Source of the DNA: Octopus bimaculoides
Lineage: Eukaryota
NCBI RefSeq assembly: GCF_001194135.2
Contig: NC_068985.1
Span: 3,745,360-3,779,941 of the forward strand
DNA length: 34,582 nt
Direction: 5' to 3'
In this document: positions 11,117 through 22,267 of the stretch, in pieces
Layout: each line of letters opens with the position of its first letter
How positions within the stretch are numbered: position 1 is the first letter of the stretch
The notes under the pieces: model-generated
Told to the model about the DNA's origin: nothing
The model's database searches: none
The model's input: the letters and a program-made list of their open reading frames with translations, nothing else
Made by a program: the position numbers and the translations under genes

Positions 11117-11775
11117 ATGTCAGACATTAGGTTGACTCGGCAAATGAAAAGACACACCGTAATCATTACCTTAAAAGTGCAGCATAGTGATATAGAGACA
11201 GCTTGCTTCTTAAAAGCTACCCAATCCTTCGTTGTCAATGTTCGAAAGTAGCTGGGACCCAGCATCAGCAGCTAAACGTAAATATGCATGTTCCGGGCCC
11301 TTCGGAATACCATCGGAAGAAGTAGCTTTGAAGAAAATGTTCAAGAAATAACTGATAAAAACCCCGGAGAATCAATCGGAGGTTTTAAAAAGGATCTCAA
11401 GCTTCAGAATGCACCATCAGAAGAGTTGTGCATGAGGACATCCGGTACAAATGCTATGTAATGCGGAAGAGTCAGTTTGTGTCGGATTTGACATCAGAGA
11501 GTCGTTCGATCCGTACAAAGCGCTTGATAAACAAGTTAAAACATCAAGAGGCTGGAATGCTTTGGTTTTTCTCCGATGAGAATACTTCGATCAGGGCCAA
11601 AAGGTAAACCGAAGGAACGGTAGGTGGTCACACAGAGACCCCAATGAAGTTTCAAAGGTAATGCATACTATGTTCCTTGCAACTGTAATGGTTCTGAGAG
11701 TTGTCGGTAACAAGGGAGATGTCATGCCCCCTCATTGTTTGCTCGCAGTGCTTAAGTGTCAATATCTCTGTTTAC
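11117..11775 (+). pseudogene. maT/DD37D-like (Tc1/mariner superfamily) transposase fossil, N-terminal part
   Basis: Manual translation: MSDIRLTRQMKRHTVIITLKVQHSD..VRK* (stop 11249-11251), then TIRRVVHEDIRYKCYVMRK..LWFFSDE, frameshift near 11581, then FDQGQKVNRRNGRW..VMHTMFLATVMVLRVVGNKGDVMPPH. The remainder of the catalytic domain is absent, so DD37D is inferred from motif similarity. Confidence 0.85.
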
Positions 11776-11958
11776 CCAGATATTCATATATCTACGCGTA
11801 AATCTGTTGAGTTGTATATTCCTGGTTATGGCATTACTGTTGCACTTGGCAATACAAATGGTTCATCAGACAGGCTGGCTGTAAGCACAAACGAGCCTCT
11901 TAAATGCTCGATGTAAATATACAGTCTGAGCCAGCTTGACGGTAACAAATAAAGAAAA

Positions 11959-12128
11959 GGCGCAAAAGTGGCTGTATGATAAGAAGCTTGCTCCCCAACC
12001 ACATGGTTCCGGGTTCAGTCCCACTGCGTGGCACCTTGGGCAAGTGTCTTCTACTATAGCCTCGGTCCGACCATAGCTTTGTGAGTGGATTTGGTAGACG
12101 GAAACTGAAAGAAGCCGTCATATATATA

Positions 12129-12159
<31 letters not shown>

Positions 12160-12372
12160 GTATATATGTATGTGTGTGTCTGTGTCTGTGTTTGTTCCCC
12201 CACCATCGCTTGACAACCGATGTTGGTATCTCTACGTCCCCGTAACCTGGCGGCTCGGCAAAAGAGACCGATATAATAAGTACTAGGCTTACAAAGAATA
12301 AGTCCTGGGGTCCATTTGTTCGACTAAAGGTGGTGCTCCAGCATGACCGCAATCAAATGACTGAAACAAAAG
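11959..12372 (+). mobile_element. Full-length family B SINE
   Basis: tRNA head, CORE-like block, internal (TA)/(TACA)/(TG) microsatellite, tail GGTGCTCCAGCATGACCGCAATCAAATGACTGAAAC. Confidence 0.92.
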
Positions 12373-12665
12373 AAAAAAACGAAAAAAAAACCTTTTCTGA
12401 GAAGGAAAATAGTTCCCTACCCCACCCCCACCCACTCAGCCCCTTGTAAAATTCCAGTTGTGACCGAAGCGGGATCAGCTGTGCCATGCTGTTGCTGTAC
12501 CCGATCTTAACTTTCTAGGGTAAGGGTGGGATCTTTGGCACAATGTAGAGCAATTAGAATCGCGATTGGCATAACACTCAATACCAAAGTTTGATACTAG
12601 CCATTTCAGAATCTTCTATTTATAGATTACAATGTATCTCTAATAACATTGCTAAGAATATTATT

Positions 12666-12880
12666 AAGGTGGCGGTGAGCTGGCAATATCGTTTGCACGC
12701 TGGACGCAATGCTTTGCGTTATTTCGGCCGTCGATACGTCCTGTGTTCAAATTCCACCAAGGTCGATTCTACCTTTCATCTTTTTAGGGGGTCGATAAAT
12801 TAAGTACCAGTTGAGTACTGGGGTCGATGAAATCGACTATCCCCCTCCCCCAAATTTCAGACTTTGTGCCTAGATTAATA
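12666..12880 (+). mobile_element. Family A SINE
   Basis: Head, core and CCCCAAATTTCAGACTTTGTGCCTAG tail. Confidence 0.88.
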
Positions 12881-13061
12881 AGCATAGTAATCGCTTATTA
12901 TTGGGTAGACCAATTTACATACAAGCACATTGTTAGAAGCTGGTGCGAAAATATTGATTGCTGGTGGGGAAACCGTATTTCGTCTTGTAATCATAATACA
13001 CCATCAACTATACAAGAAGTTCATACGTCTGTATTGTGTCCTACTTTGTGTTAGAAGTGCG

Positions 13062-13185
13062 TTGTTTTATTTGTTTCAGTCATTTGACTGCGGCCATGCT
13101 GGAACACTGCCTTTAGCCAAACAAATCGACCAGGGATTTATTCTTTGTAAGCCTAGTACTTATTCTATCGGTTTCTTTTGTTAAA
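13062..13185 (-). mobile_element. Family B 3' half
   Basis: TTTCAGTCATTTGACTGCGGCCATGCTGG..TTCTTTGTAAGCCTAGTACTTATTCTATCGG. Confidence 0.85.
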
Positions 13186-13969
13186 CAGTAATAGTTAACC
13201 CTTAATACTGTTACCATTTTATACGTCGATAAAATTCTATTTGCTAATGTCTGCTATATGGTATCTGTGTTCTGCTAGCAGACCTCTTATGTTGGTGTGG
13301 CTTCAAAACCAATTCAATTTTTCAGTCGCTATTATGTATTTAACGAAAGCTTTTATCTGGCTCTCCTAAAACTGAAAATAGTCTTTCTTTTATCTGGCAG
13401 ACAACTCATATCTTTTAAATTAAGGTTTGTATTCCATGTTGATCAACACATAACTTCTTATGATGTATGTGTGTGTTTGTCGATTGTTTTATATATATAT
13501 ATATATATATATACAAACACACACACACACACACACACAAATATATATTCATACATACATGAATACACACTACATGTACACTTATATACATACATACATA
13601 CATACATACATAGAGATGAGTGTATGCGAATGTGTGACTGCATGTATTATTTCGAAGGAAAAGGGAAATTATTATTATCATTATTATTATTATTATTATT
13701 ATTGATGTTGCTGTTGTTGTTGTTGCCTTTGTGTTAAAACAGGAAAGCCATTCATCATAAAAACAACAAAAACAAACAACTAAAACAATCCTTCTTTGAC
13801 ATCTCCATTCTTTAGCAACAACAACAACAACATTGTTATTCATCATTTTAAACAAATCACTTCACACAAACGTGCTTTTCATTGTCTTTTTTTTTGCCGT
13901 TTTTTAGCAGTTTTCCGATTTTTCAACTTTTGTTACTAAAACGTTCAAGACTGAGAAAGAAATGGAAAT

Positions 13970-14025
<56 letters not shown>

Positions 14026-14029
<4 letters not shown>

Positions 14030-14412
14030 AGACGTAACTGTGTGGTAAGTGGCTTACTTACCAACCACATGGTTCCGGGTTCATTCCCACTGCATGGCAC
14101 CCTGGGCAAGTGTCTTCTACTATAACCTCGGGCCAACCAAATCCTTGCGAGTGGATTTGGTAGAGGGAAGCTGGAAGTAGCCCGTCGTATATGTATATAT
14201 ATATATAGTGTTTGTGTATATGTTTGTGTTTGTCCCCCCACCATCGCTTGACAACCGATATTGGTGTGTTTATGTCCCCGTAACTTAGCGGTTCGGCAAA
14301 AGCCACCGAATAAGTACTAGGCTTACAAAGAATAAGTCCTGGGGTCGACTTGTTCGACTAAAGGTGGTGCTCCAGCATGGCTGCAGTCAGATGACTGAAA
14401 CAAGTAAAAGAG
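14026..14412 (+). mobile_element. Full-length family B SINE flanked by (CA)n and (TA)n
   Basis: Same architecture as 11959-12372. Confidence 0.92.
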
Positions 14413-14423
14413 TATATATATAT

Positions 14424-14478
<55 letters not shown>

Positions 14479-15859
14479 TTTATATATATGAGTGTATATT
14501 TATGTGTGTGTTTACATTATAAGAAGTTTTGATTTTTTCTTGGAAACTTCGGGAAATGTAAAATAAATAATTTTCTTTGGTGGAACTTGAAGCAGACAGA
14601 GCTACGAACAATAGTATGTAGAATATTAGGTTAAAAACTCTTGGATAGGAAAAGGTTGACGGCTGCACGCTGCACTCGAACCCTCATCTTCAGGGAACCT
14701 GACAAATGTGCTGCCATTATACCAAAGCAACACTTCCAATTTTCTCCGATTTAGAAGATTTGTTCTTACCGCAAATAAGAAAATGGAGAGGATACAAAAC
14801 GACATACATTAGTCGGTAGACATTCCAGGGTGTCTCTTTATTCCAAAGCATTAGACAGCATTAGAAGAAAACATACACATGTAGTAACTATGTGTTACAT
14901 ACACATTAATATTACAGAAAAGAGCAAAAGATCAGCTCCTTACGGATACATACATACATACATACATACATACATACATACATACATACATGTATGTATG
15001 TATGTACCTGCCATGATCCGCTTGGTCATAAACACTCCAAGATGAAAATGTCGATGCGTGGCAGGAAAAGAAAAAAATACTATTTGGAACTTCATCCAAT
15101 AAAATTCTTAAATAATACAGTCCTACGCTGCAATTGTTTTCGTTCCAGCACACGATCTCAGATCAGGTCACTTGCTATGCAAGTATATCTACGAAAGAAA
15201 GAAAGAAACAGAGAAACAGAGAAACGAGAGAAGCAACATAAAGAACATTCCCTTCATCAGTTGTCCCCTGTTTTATCTACTCCACCTTTCGAAGGTATAT
15301 ATATAACCTGACATTTGTATGAGTCCGTCTGCGCTTTCTGTGTGTCCAGCATCCAATTGCAGAAGCGTACAACTGTAGATGTAGAAACAGAGGTCTATGA
15401 CCGGAAACACTTCCAAATGTAAGTGCTTACAGTAACTGGTAAATCCAGGAGAATATATGAATACATAATTATATTGGCGCACATCTACGACTTACATGTG
15501 TGTGGATATTTAAGAGCGCCTGAACAAATAGAAAATATATTCATTGCGTAAATGCTTCCGCGAGCACAGAGATGCAATAAAATTACCTACAGATATAGAA
15601 GTATGAATATCAAATAAAAGACAAACGAGGTTCTTTTGCAGGAGTCGTTTAGCTTAATGGTAGAGAGGACGCTCTTACCAGGTTCGGTCCTCTGTAGCGG
15701 CTGGCTAACCACTTTTTACTTTTGTTTTTAGGTGTGGCTGTGTGGTAAGAGTTTTGCTTACCAACCTTGTGGAAAAAAAAAGTTTTAAATTAAATTAAAA
15801 AACATAGAAACAAAATTTAATTGTTTTTATTCAATTTGAATCCTTTGATATCGTTGTAA

Positions 15860-16072
15860 TTATTATTTTCTACTCTAGGCATAAGGCCCGAAATTTTGGA
15901 GGAGGGGGCCAGATCGACCCCCCCCAGTACGCAACTGGTACTTAATTTATCGACCTCGAAAGGATGAAAGGCAAAGTTGACCCTGATGGAATTTAAACTC
16001 AGACCGTAAAGACAGACGAAATACTGCTAAGCATTTCGTCCGGCGTGCTAACCTTCCTGCTAGCTCGCCGCC
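15860..16072 (-). mobile_element. Family A SINE
   Basis: Complete head, core and tail on the minus strand. Confidence 0.9.
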
Positions 16073-16167
16073 ATATTGTTGTGAGTATTGTTTGAATAAA
16101 GGTGGTGGGTTAGCAGAAGAGTTATTCTCCGGCATAATTTACATATTAGTTTCAAATCCTTCAGAGG

Positions 16168-16615
16168 CCAGGCGTGGCTGTGGTAAGAAGTTTGCTTCCC
16201 AACCACATGGTTCTGGGTTCAGTCCCACTGGAGGGTCAGTTAATTATGATTTTATTCAATACATTCCCGTCACAGATTCACACACTTATTACAACGATCC
16301 TTCAATTTTTCTAAGCCCTGTAAAAGAACTCGGAATGTTGGGCCTCCAACCAGGCCTTTCGTGAGACTCTTAAAGCCAGGAACTGTTCATCACCCAGTCG
16401 TGTGTGTGTGTTTGTCCCTCCCCACCATTTGACGGTGGTGTTGGTGTGTTTACGTCTCCGTAACTTAGCGGTTCAGACAAGACCGACAAAATAAGAACCA
16501 GGTTTTTAAAAAAGAAAACTTCTTCGAGTCGATTCGTTCGACTAAAAATTCTTCAAGGTGGTGCCCCAGCATGGCCGCAAGACTAATGACTAAGTCAAGT
16601 AAAAGGTAAAAAGAT
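16168..16615 (+). mobile_element. Family B head (16168-16230) and tail (16398-16615) separated by a mariner remnant
   Basis: The head stops at AGTCCCACTG; the tail restarts at (GT)n TTTGTCCC. Confidence 0.75.
16231..16395 (-). pseudogene. mariner transposase C-terminal remnant with probable TIR
   Basis: Minus strand: ..AWLEAQHSEFF, frameshift, GLEKLKDRCNKCVNL*RECIE* (end 16252), matching the mariner ending G..KL..RW.KCV...G.Y.E. Plus-strand GAGGGTCAGTTAA at 16231 resembles mariner TIR starts (TACGAGGG..). Confidence 0.7.
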
Positions 16616-17620
16616 AATATTCCAAATTTTCTGGAACTATTTCTTCGTAAGAATANNNNNNNNNNNNNNNNNNNNNNNNNNNNNNNNNNNNNNNNNNNNN
16701 NNNNNNNNNNNNNNNNNNNNNNNNNNNNNNNNNNNNNNNNNNNNNNNNNNNNNNNNNNNNNNNNNNNNNNNNNNNNNNNNNNNNNNNNNNNNNNNNNNNN
16801 NNNNNNNNNNNNNNNNNNNNNNNNNNNNNNNNNNNNNNNNNNNNNNNNNNNNNNNNNNNNNNNNNNNNNNNNNNNNNNNNNNNNNNNNNNNNNNNNNNNN
16901 NNNNNNNNNNNNNNNNNNNNNNNNNNNNNNNNNNNNNNNNNNNNNNNNNNNNNNNNNNNNNNNNNNNNNNNNNNNNNNNNNNNNNNNNNNNNNNNNNNNN
17001 NNNNNNNNNNNNNNNNNNNNNNNNNNNNNNNNNNNNNNNNNNNNNNNNNNNNNNNNNNNNNNNNNNNNNNNNNNNNNNNNNNNNNNNNNNNNNNNNNNNN
17101 NNNNNNNNNNNNNNNNNNNNNNNNNNNNNNNNNNNNNNNNNNNNNNNNNNNNNNNNNNNNNNNNNNNNNNNNNNNNNNNNNNNNNNNNNNNNNNNNNNNN
17201 NNNNNNNNNNNNNNNNNNNNNNNNNNNNNNNNNNNNNNNNNNNNNNNNNNNNNNNNNNNNNNNNNNNNNNNNNNNNNNNNNNNNNNNNNNNNNNNNNNNN
17301 NNNNNNNNNNNNNNNNNNNNNNNNNNNNNNNNNNNNNNNNNNNNNNNNNNNNNNNNNNNNNNNNNNNNNNNNNNNNNNNNNNNNNNNNNNNNNNNNNNNN
17401 NNNNNNNNNNNNNNNNNNNNNNNNNNNNNNNNNNNNNNNNNNNNNNNNNNNNNNNNNNNNNNNNNNNNNNNNNNNNNNNNNNNNNNNNNNNNNNNNNNNN
17501 NNNNNNNNNNNNNNNNNNNNNNNNNNNNNNNNNNNNNNNNNNNNNNNNNNNNNNNNNNNNNNNNNNNNNNNNNNNNNNNNNNNNNNNNNNNNNNNNGCAC
17601 AGCTACGTGTTTTGCGGAAG

Positions 17621-18030
17621 AAGGAGAGCGAGCCGGCAGAACCGGAAGCACGCGGGAAAAATGCTTAGCAGCATTTGGACCGTCCTCATGTTCTGAGTTC
17701 TAATTCTGCCGAGGTCAACTTCGCTTTTCGTCCCTTTGGGGGTCAACAGAATAAGTACCAGTTGTGCACTGGGGTCGATGTAATCGAATTACCTATTCTC
17801 CGTAACTAGCTGGCCTTGTGCAAACATTTGAAACCAAAAGATTTTACGGAAAGAAGATGGCGAGCTGGTTGAATCGTTAGAACGCCGGGAAAATTGCTTT
17901 GCGGAATTCTTTAGGTTCCGAGTTCAAATTCCGCCGAGGTCGACTTCATCTTTACTTGTTACGGGGTCGATAGAATAAGCTCCTGTTGAGCACTGTGGTT
18001 GGTTACAGCGACCAGAATTGGAAACCAATA
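17621..18030 (+). mobile_element. Two head-to-tail family A SINEs (17621-17845, 17855-18030)
   Basis: Two heads and two cores; the second has a truncated tail. Confidence 0.85.
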
Positions 18031-18537
18031 TGTTCCAAGCAAGAGTTAATATCAGTTAAGGAAGCGCAAAAGGTTTCCTGATGTGTATTAGCGATTGAGT
18101 TTGGTAGCAAAAACACTGGCAATTTGCTTTATCGATCTCAAGAAAGTTTTGGTTTGATCGGAATTTAAGAAAATGTTTTCTAACTTGTTTATTTTATTTT
18201 GGACTTTGTTTCGGTAGGTGGTGGCGACATTCTAGAGTTAAAAGTGGTTTTTTTTTATGATAAGATATAGATCACCTTCAAACGGTTAGAAGTGGGTCCT
18301 GGGTGGTGATTATTTTGTGTTTTTTATTTATTGATTTTTCAAATGTTTTCTTCCCCGGGAGATCTTTCTTCATCCAGTTCTTTCGGTAAAACTTATTGTT
18401 TTCTGTTTGAAGAATTTCAAATGAATTTTCTCTGTCGATATTCGGATTTTTCATTAAAAATGATAAATGTTACAACTGAATTGGTTTTATTGTTTCTGCA
18501 AATGTTGGAAAGGGTCCGACTTCGATGGGAGCTTACA

Positions 18538-19406
18538 CATTCATTTCAAATTTTTGGCACAATACCAGCAAGTTCATGGGAGGAGGGGCTAGTCGATGTA
18601 ATCGACCCCAATATACAACTGGCACTTAAGTTATCGACCCCGAAGTGATGAACGGTAAAGTCGACCTCGACAGAATTGGATCTCAGAACGTAAATACGGA
18701 CGAAATGCCGCTAAGCATTTTGTACGGCGTGCTAACGATTCTACCAACTCGCCACCTTGTGGGAGCTTACATATTCTTTTCTACTCTAAGCACAAGGCCC
18801 GAAATATTTGGGGAGGTGGCCAGTCGACCCCAGTACACAACTCGTACTTAATTTATCGACCCTGAAAGGATGAAATGCAAAGTTGACCTCGGTGGAATTT
18901 GAACTCAGAACGTTAAGACAGACGAAATACCGCTAAGCATTTCGCCCAACATGCTAACGTTTCTTATTTCTTTACTGCCCACAAGGGGCTACACACAGAG
19001 GGGACAAACAAAGGGGGTTAAGTCGATTACATCGATCCCAGTGCGTAACTGGTACTTAATTTATCGACCCCGAAAGGGTGAAAGGCAAAGTCGACCTCGG
19101 CGGAATTTGAACTTAGAACGTAACGGCAGACGAGAAACCGCTAAGCATTTCGCCCAGCGTACTAACATTTCTTATATCTTTATTGCCCACAAGGGGCTAA
19201 ACACAGAAGGGACAAACAAGGACAGACAAAGGGATTAAGTCGATAACATCGACCTCAGTGCGTAACTGGTACTTAATTTATCGACCCCGAAAGGGATGAA
19301 AGGCAAAGTCGACCTCGGCGGAATTTGAACTCAGAACGTAACGGCAGACGAAATACCGTTAAGCAGTTCGCCCGGCGTGCTAACATTTCTGCCAGCTCGC
19401 CACCTT
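18538..19406 (-). mobile_element. Array of four family A SINE units
   Basis: Units 18538-18759, 18772-18963, 18964-19171 and 19172-19406, carrying three tail types. Confidence 0.92.
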
Positions 19407-19559
19407 TGGGAGCTTACGTATTAATATGAATGCACTATTAATGACTCGAAGCAACAGACATTATGCAACGAAAAAACATCAATACATGATGTGGAGTAAA
19501 ATATTTATTTAAAAAATTTAGAATGTGGTTTCAATGTTTCGTCCCAGACATCAGATAAC

Positions 19560-20060
19560 AGTTTAATAGAACCAACCACTTCGACAGTAGAATGTTTATG
19601 AAAGCCAGAAAGTCACTGATGTTTCACTACGATTCGTACCGGGTAAGAAAACAAGTGACCCACTGTACGATGTGTTTGTGAAGGGCAATGACAGGGCTGA
19701 AGTCACTGATTTCTTCGGGTTATGAATCAGGGATACTTTAAAAAAACAAACACACCGCAACAATTTGGTCCTGTAAAAGGACGATGATTCTGCACTTCAA
19801 ACCCTATTGACACCCATAAGTTCAAGAAGAATCCCATGAAAATCTTCAAAGACGTTGGCCTAAGTTTAACTGTTGTCACTATCAGAACTATGTTCGATTT
19901 CCTGGATGTCATTCAGGACCTGAAGACGGGCAAGTATTATTTCTTCAAAAAGCCCAGCAAATATATTGCTCATAATCGTAAAAGTCCCTGTCCTCACCAG
20001 CTCCCCAGCTGTAATTAGAAATCTACCCACAAGTTAGAGAGCGTATACTGACAATAAACA
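19560..20060 (+). pseudogene. Penelope-like element reverse transcriptase fossil
   Basis: With stops and frameshifts: MKARKSLMF.., LYDVFVKGNDRAEVTDFFGL*I (cf. FDVTMGSYDGAEVCELVGLYI), L*KDDD (cf. LYRDDG), KIFKDVGLSLT..FDFLDV.QDLKTGKY.FFKKP. Confidence 0.8.
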
Positions 20061-20280
20061 CTCGTCCATACTCTATCGCCAAAGACCAGCATGGTGGCGC
20101 AGCTGGCCTTTGCATTTTGTTCAAACACCCAAAGAACCCATCAAATACAACAGTAGGTCCTCATAAATGAAACATTACCCATACTAAATAGGAAACATAT
20201 GTAGACGGTAGGGATACCCCAACGACACAGATGCCACCCACACAGCGTACATACATAGGGACATTCGTAAGTAGGCAGTC

Positions 20281-20511
20281 AAGGAGGTAAATAAGTAGGT
20301 AGGTAGGTAGGTTTTAGGTGGTTAGGTCAGTTACATAGAGTGTTACTTACTTAATTATGTTGGCAGGTAGAAAGGTTGGAAGATAGATAAGTAGGTAAGT
20401 AGGAAAGTAAATAGTTTGAAAGATAGGTAGGTGACAGACAGACAGACAGACAGACAGATAGATAGATAGATAGGTACGTACGTACGTATGAAGGTAGGTA
20501 CATAGGTAGTA

Positions 20512-20558
<47 letters not shown>
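20281..20558. repeat. Compound (GGTA)/(GACA)/(GATA)/(CA) microsatellite
   Basis: Direct reading. Confidence 0.95.
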
Positions 20559-20561
<3 letters not shown>

Positions 20562-20893
20562 AAAATCAGAATCGGTGCGTGACCTGTGAACCCGCATGAA
20601 TAGTGAGGCAACATTGCATGCGCATATTACTGTGCAAGGCGAGCAACTGGATGGACCCTAAATTCATTCAGAACCAGAAATAAGGATACCTTGCTACTCC
20701 TATGGAGGACACACATACATGTACGTACCTCCGTATCTATCTATGTATGTGTACTTGTATGTGCATAGTGTGTGTGTGTGTGTGTGTGTGTGAAATTTGG
20801 AAAGCTGTCTTTTTTTACTGCAATAACGAGACGATGTAAGGGAAGTAACTCTAACAGACTTATTTCAATTTCGATCGTTTATTTAGTTTTCAG

Positions 20894-21024
20894 ATATTAA
20901 CAACCAAACTTGGAGAGATTCGTTGAGTGAATCAACTGACGCTGTATTGAAGAATCGCAGCCGTGTGGCAGAACTTTGGTGCGTTTGTAGTGGAGCCATC
21001 TTGGTTGTTTTATTAAACTGGTAG
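20894..21024 (+). other. Candidate terminal coding exon (unverified)
   Basis: Acceptor TTTATTTAGTTTTCAG; one frame reads xINNQTWRDSLSESTDAVLKNRSRVAELWCVCSGAILVVLLNW*. No homolog recognised. Confidence 0.25.
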
Positions 21025-21173
21025 CTGCAGCAGTTTGTTGTGGTTGTTGTAAGGTCGTGGTGGACGTCGCTGCGTGAATTGTGACGGGAGTGTAGCGTCG
21101 TTATTAGGAAGTGTTGTCACGTGGTGGAGATGAGCGGAAGCTGTTATCTTCGTTTATGTTGATATGCAGTTAC

Positions 21174-21330
21174 AAGCGTGGCTGTGTGGTGCGAGGTTTG
21201 CTTCTCAGCCACATGGTTCCGGGTTCAGTCCCACTGCGTGGCACCTTGGGCAAGCATCTTCTACGATACCTTCGGGCCGACCAAAGCCTTGTAAATGGAT
21301 TTGGTAGACGGAAACTAAAAGAAGCCCGTC

Positions 21331-21335
<5 letters not shown>
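21174..21335 (+). mobile_element. Family B 5' half running into (TA)n and a gap
   Basis: Head plus CORE-like block. Confidence 0.9.
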
Positions 21336-21363
<28 letters not shown>

Positions 21364-22108
21364 NNNNNNNNNNNNNNNNNNNNNNNNNNNNNNNNNNNNN
21401 NNNNNNNNNNNNNNNNNNNNNNNNNNNNNNNNNNNNNNNNNNNNNNNNNNNNNNNNNNNNNNNNNNNNNNNNNNNNNNNNNNNNNNNNNNNNNNNNNNNN
21501 NNNNNNNNNNNNNNNNNNNNNNNNNNNNNNNNNNNNNNNNNNNNNNNNNNNNNNNNNNNNNNNNNNNNNNNNNNNNNNNNNNNNNNNNNNNNNNNNNNNN
21601 NNNNNNNNNNNNNNNNNNNNNNNNNNNNNNNNNNNNNNNNNNNNNNNNNNNNNNNNNNNNNNNNNNNNNNNNNNNNNNNNNNNNNNNNNNNNNNNNNNNN
21701 NNNNNNNNNNNNNNNNNNNNNNNNNNNNNNNNNNNNNNNNNNNNNNNNNNNNNNNNNNNNNNNNNNNNNNNNNNNNNNNNNNNNNNNNNNNNNNNNNNNN
21801 NNNNNNNNNNNNNNNNNNNNNNNNNNNNNNNNNNNNNNNNNNNNNNNNNNNNNNNNNNNNNNNNNNNNNNNNNNNNNNNNNNNNNNNNNNNNNNNNNNNN
21901 NNNNNNNNNNNNNNNNNNNNNNNNNNNNNNNNNNNNNNNNNNNNNNNNNNNNNNNNNNNNNNNNNNNNNNNNNNNNNNNNNNNNNNNNNTCTCTCTCTCC
22001 CTCTTTCTCTCTCTCCCTCTTTCTCTCTCTCCCTCTTTCTCTCTCTCCCTCTTTCTCTCTCTCCCTCTTTCTCTCTCTCCCTCTCTCTCCTCCCCCTCTC
22101 TCTCTCTT

Positions 22109-22140
<32 letters not shown>

Positions 22141-22267
22141 CCTCTCTCTCCCTCCCACTCCAACTTCTGCATCCTGGATGTCCCACTGAATGAAAAATGC
22201 GAAGGAAAATAACGTGTTTATGTCAGTTCGTGACTATATTTGTTTCCGTAGTGGCGGAGTGAGTTGA

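Noticed and set aside
12458-12519. Segment with acceptor and strong GTAAGG donor
   Set aside because: Stop codons in all three frames.
12930-13010. LLEAGAK..GGETVF, ankyrin-like peptide
   Set aside because: A short match only, with an upstream in-frame stop and no convincing splice sites.
14655-14700. Minus-strand CCCTGAAGATG..CAGCCGTCAAC, hammerhead-like
   Set aside because: GAAA is missing and the stems do not close; at best a dead relic.
15250-15295. CTGATGA and GAAA motifs here (minus), near 25380 (minus) and at 34330-34372 (plus)
   Set aside because: The order would require a type II fold, and stems I and III could not be built.
16276-16360. Plus-strand exon-like segment with good splice sites
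   Set aside because: The minus strand is a mariner transposase C-terminus with a probable TIR; the splice signals are coincidental.
19548-19642. Exon-like segment ending at CGG|GTAAGA
   Set aside because: It is part of the Penelope RT fossil (KARKSLMF motif), and all frames from the best acceptor contain stops.
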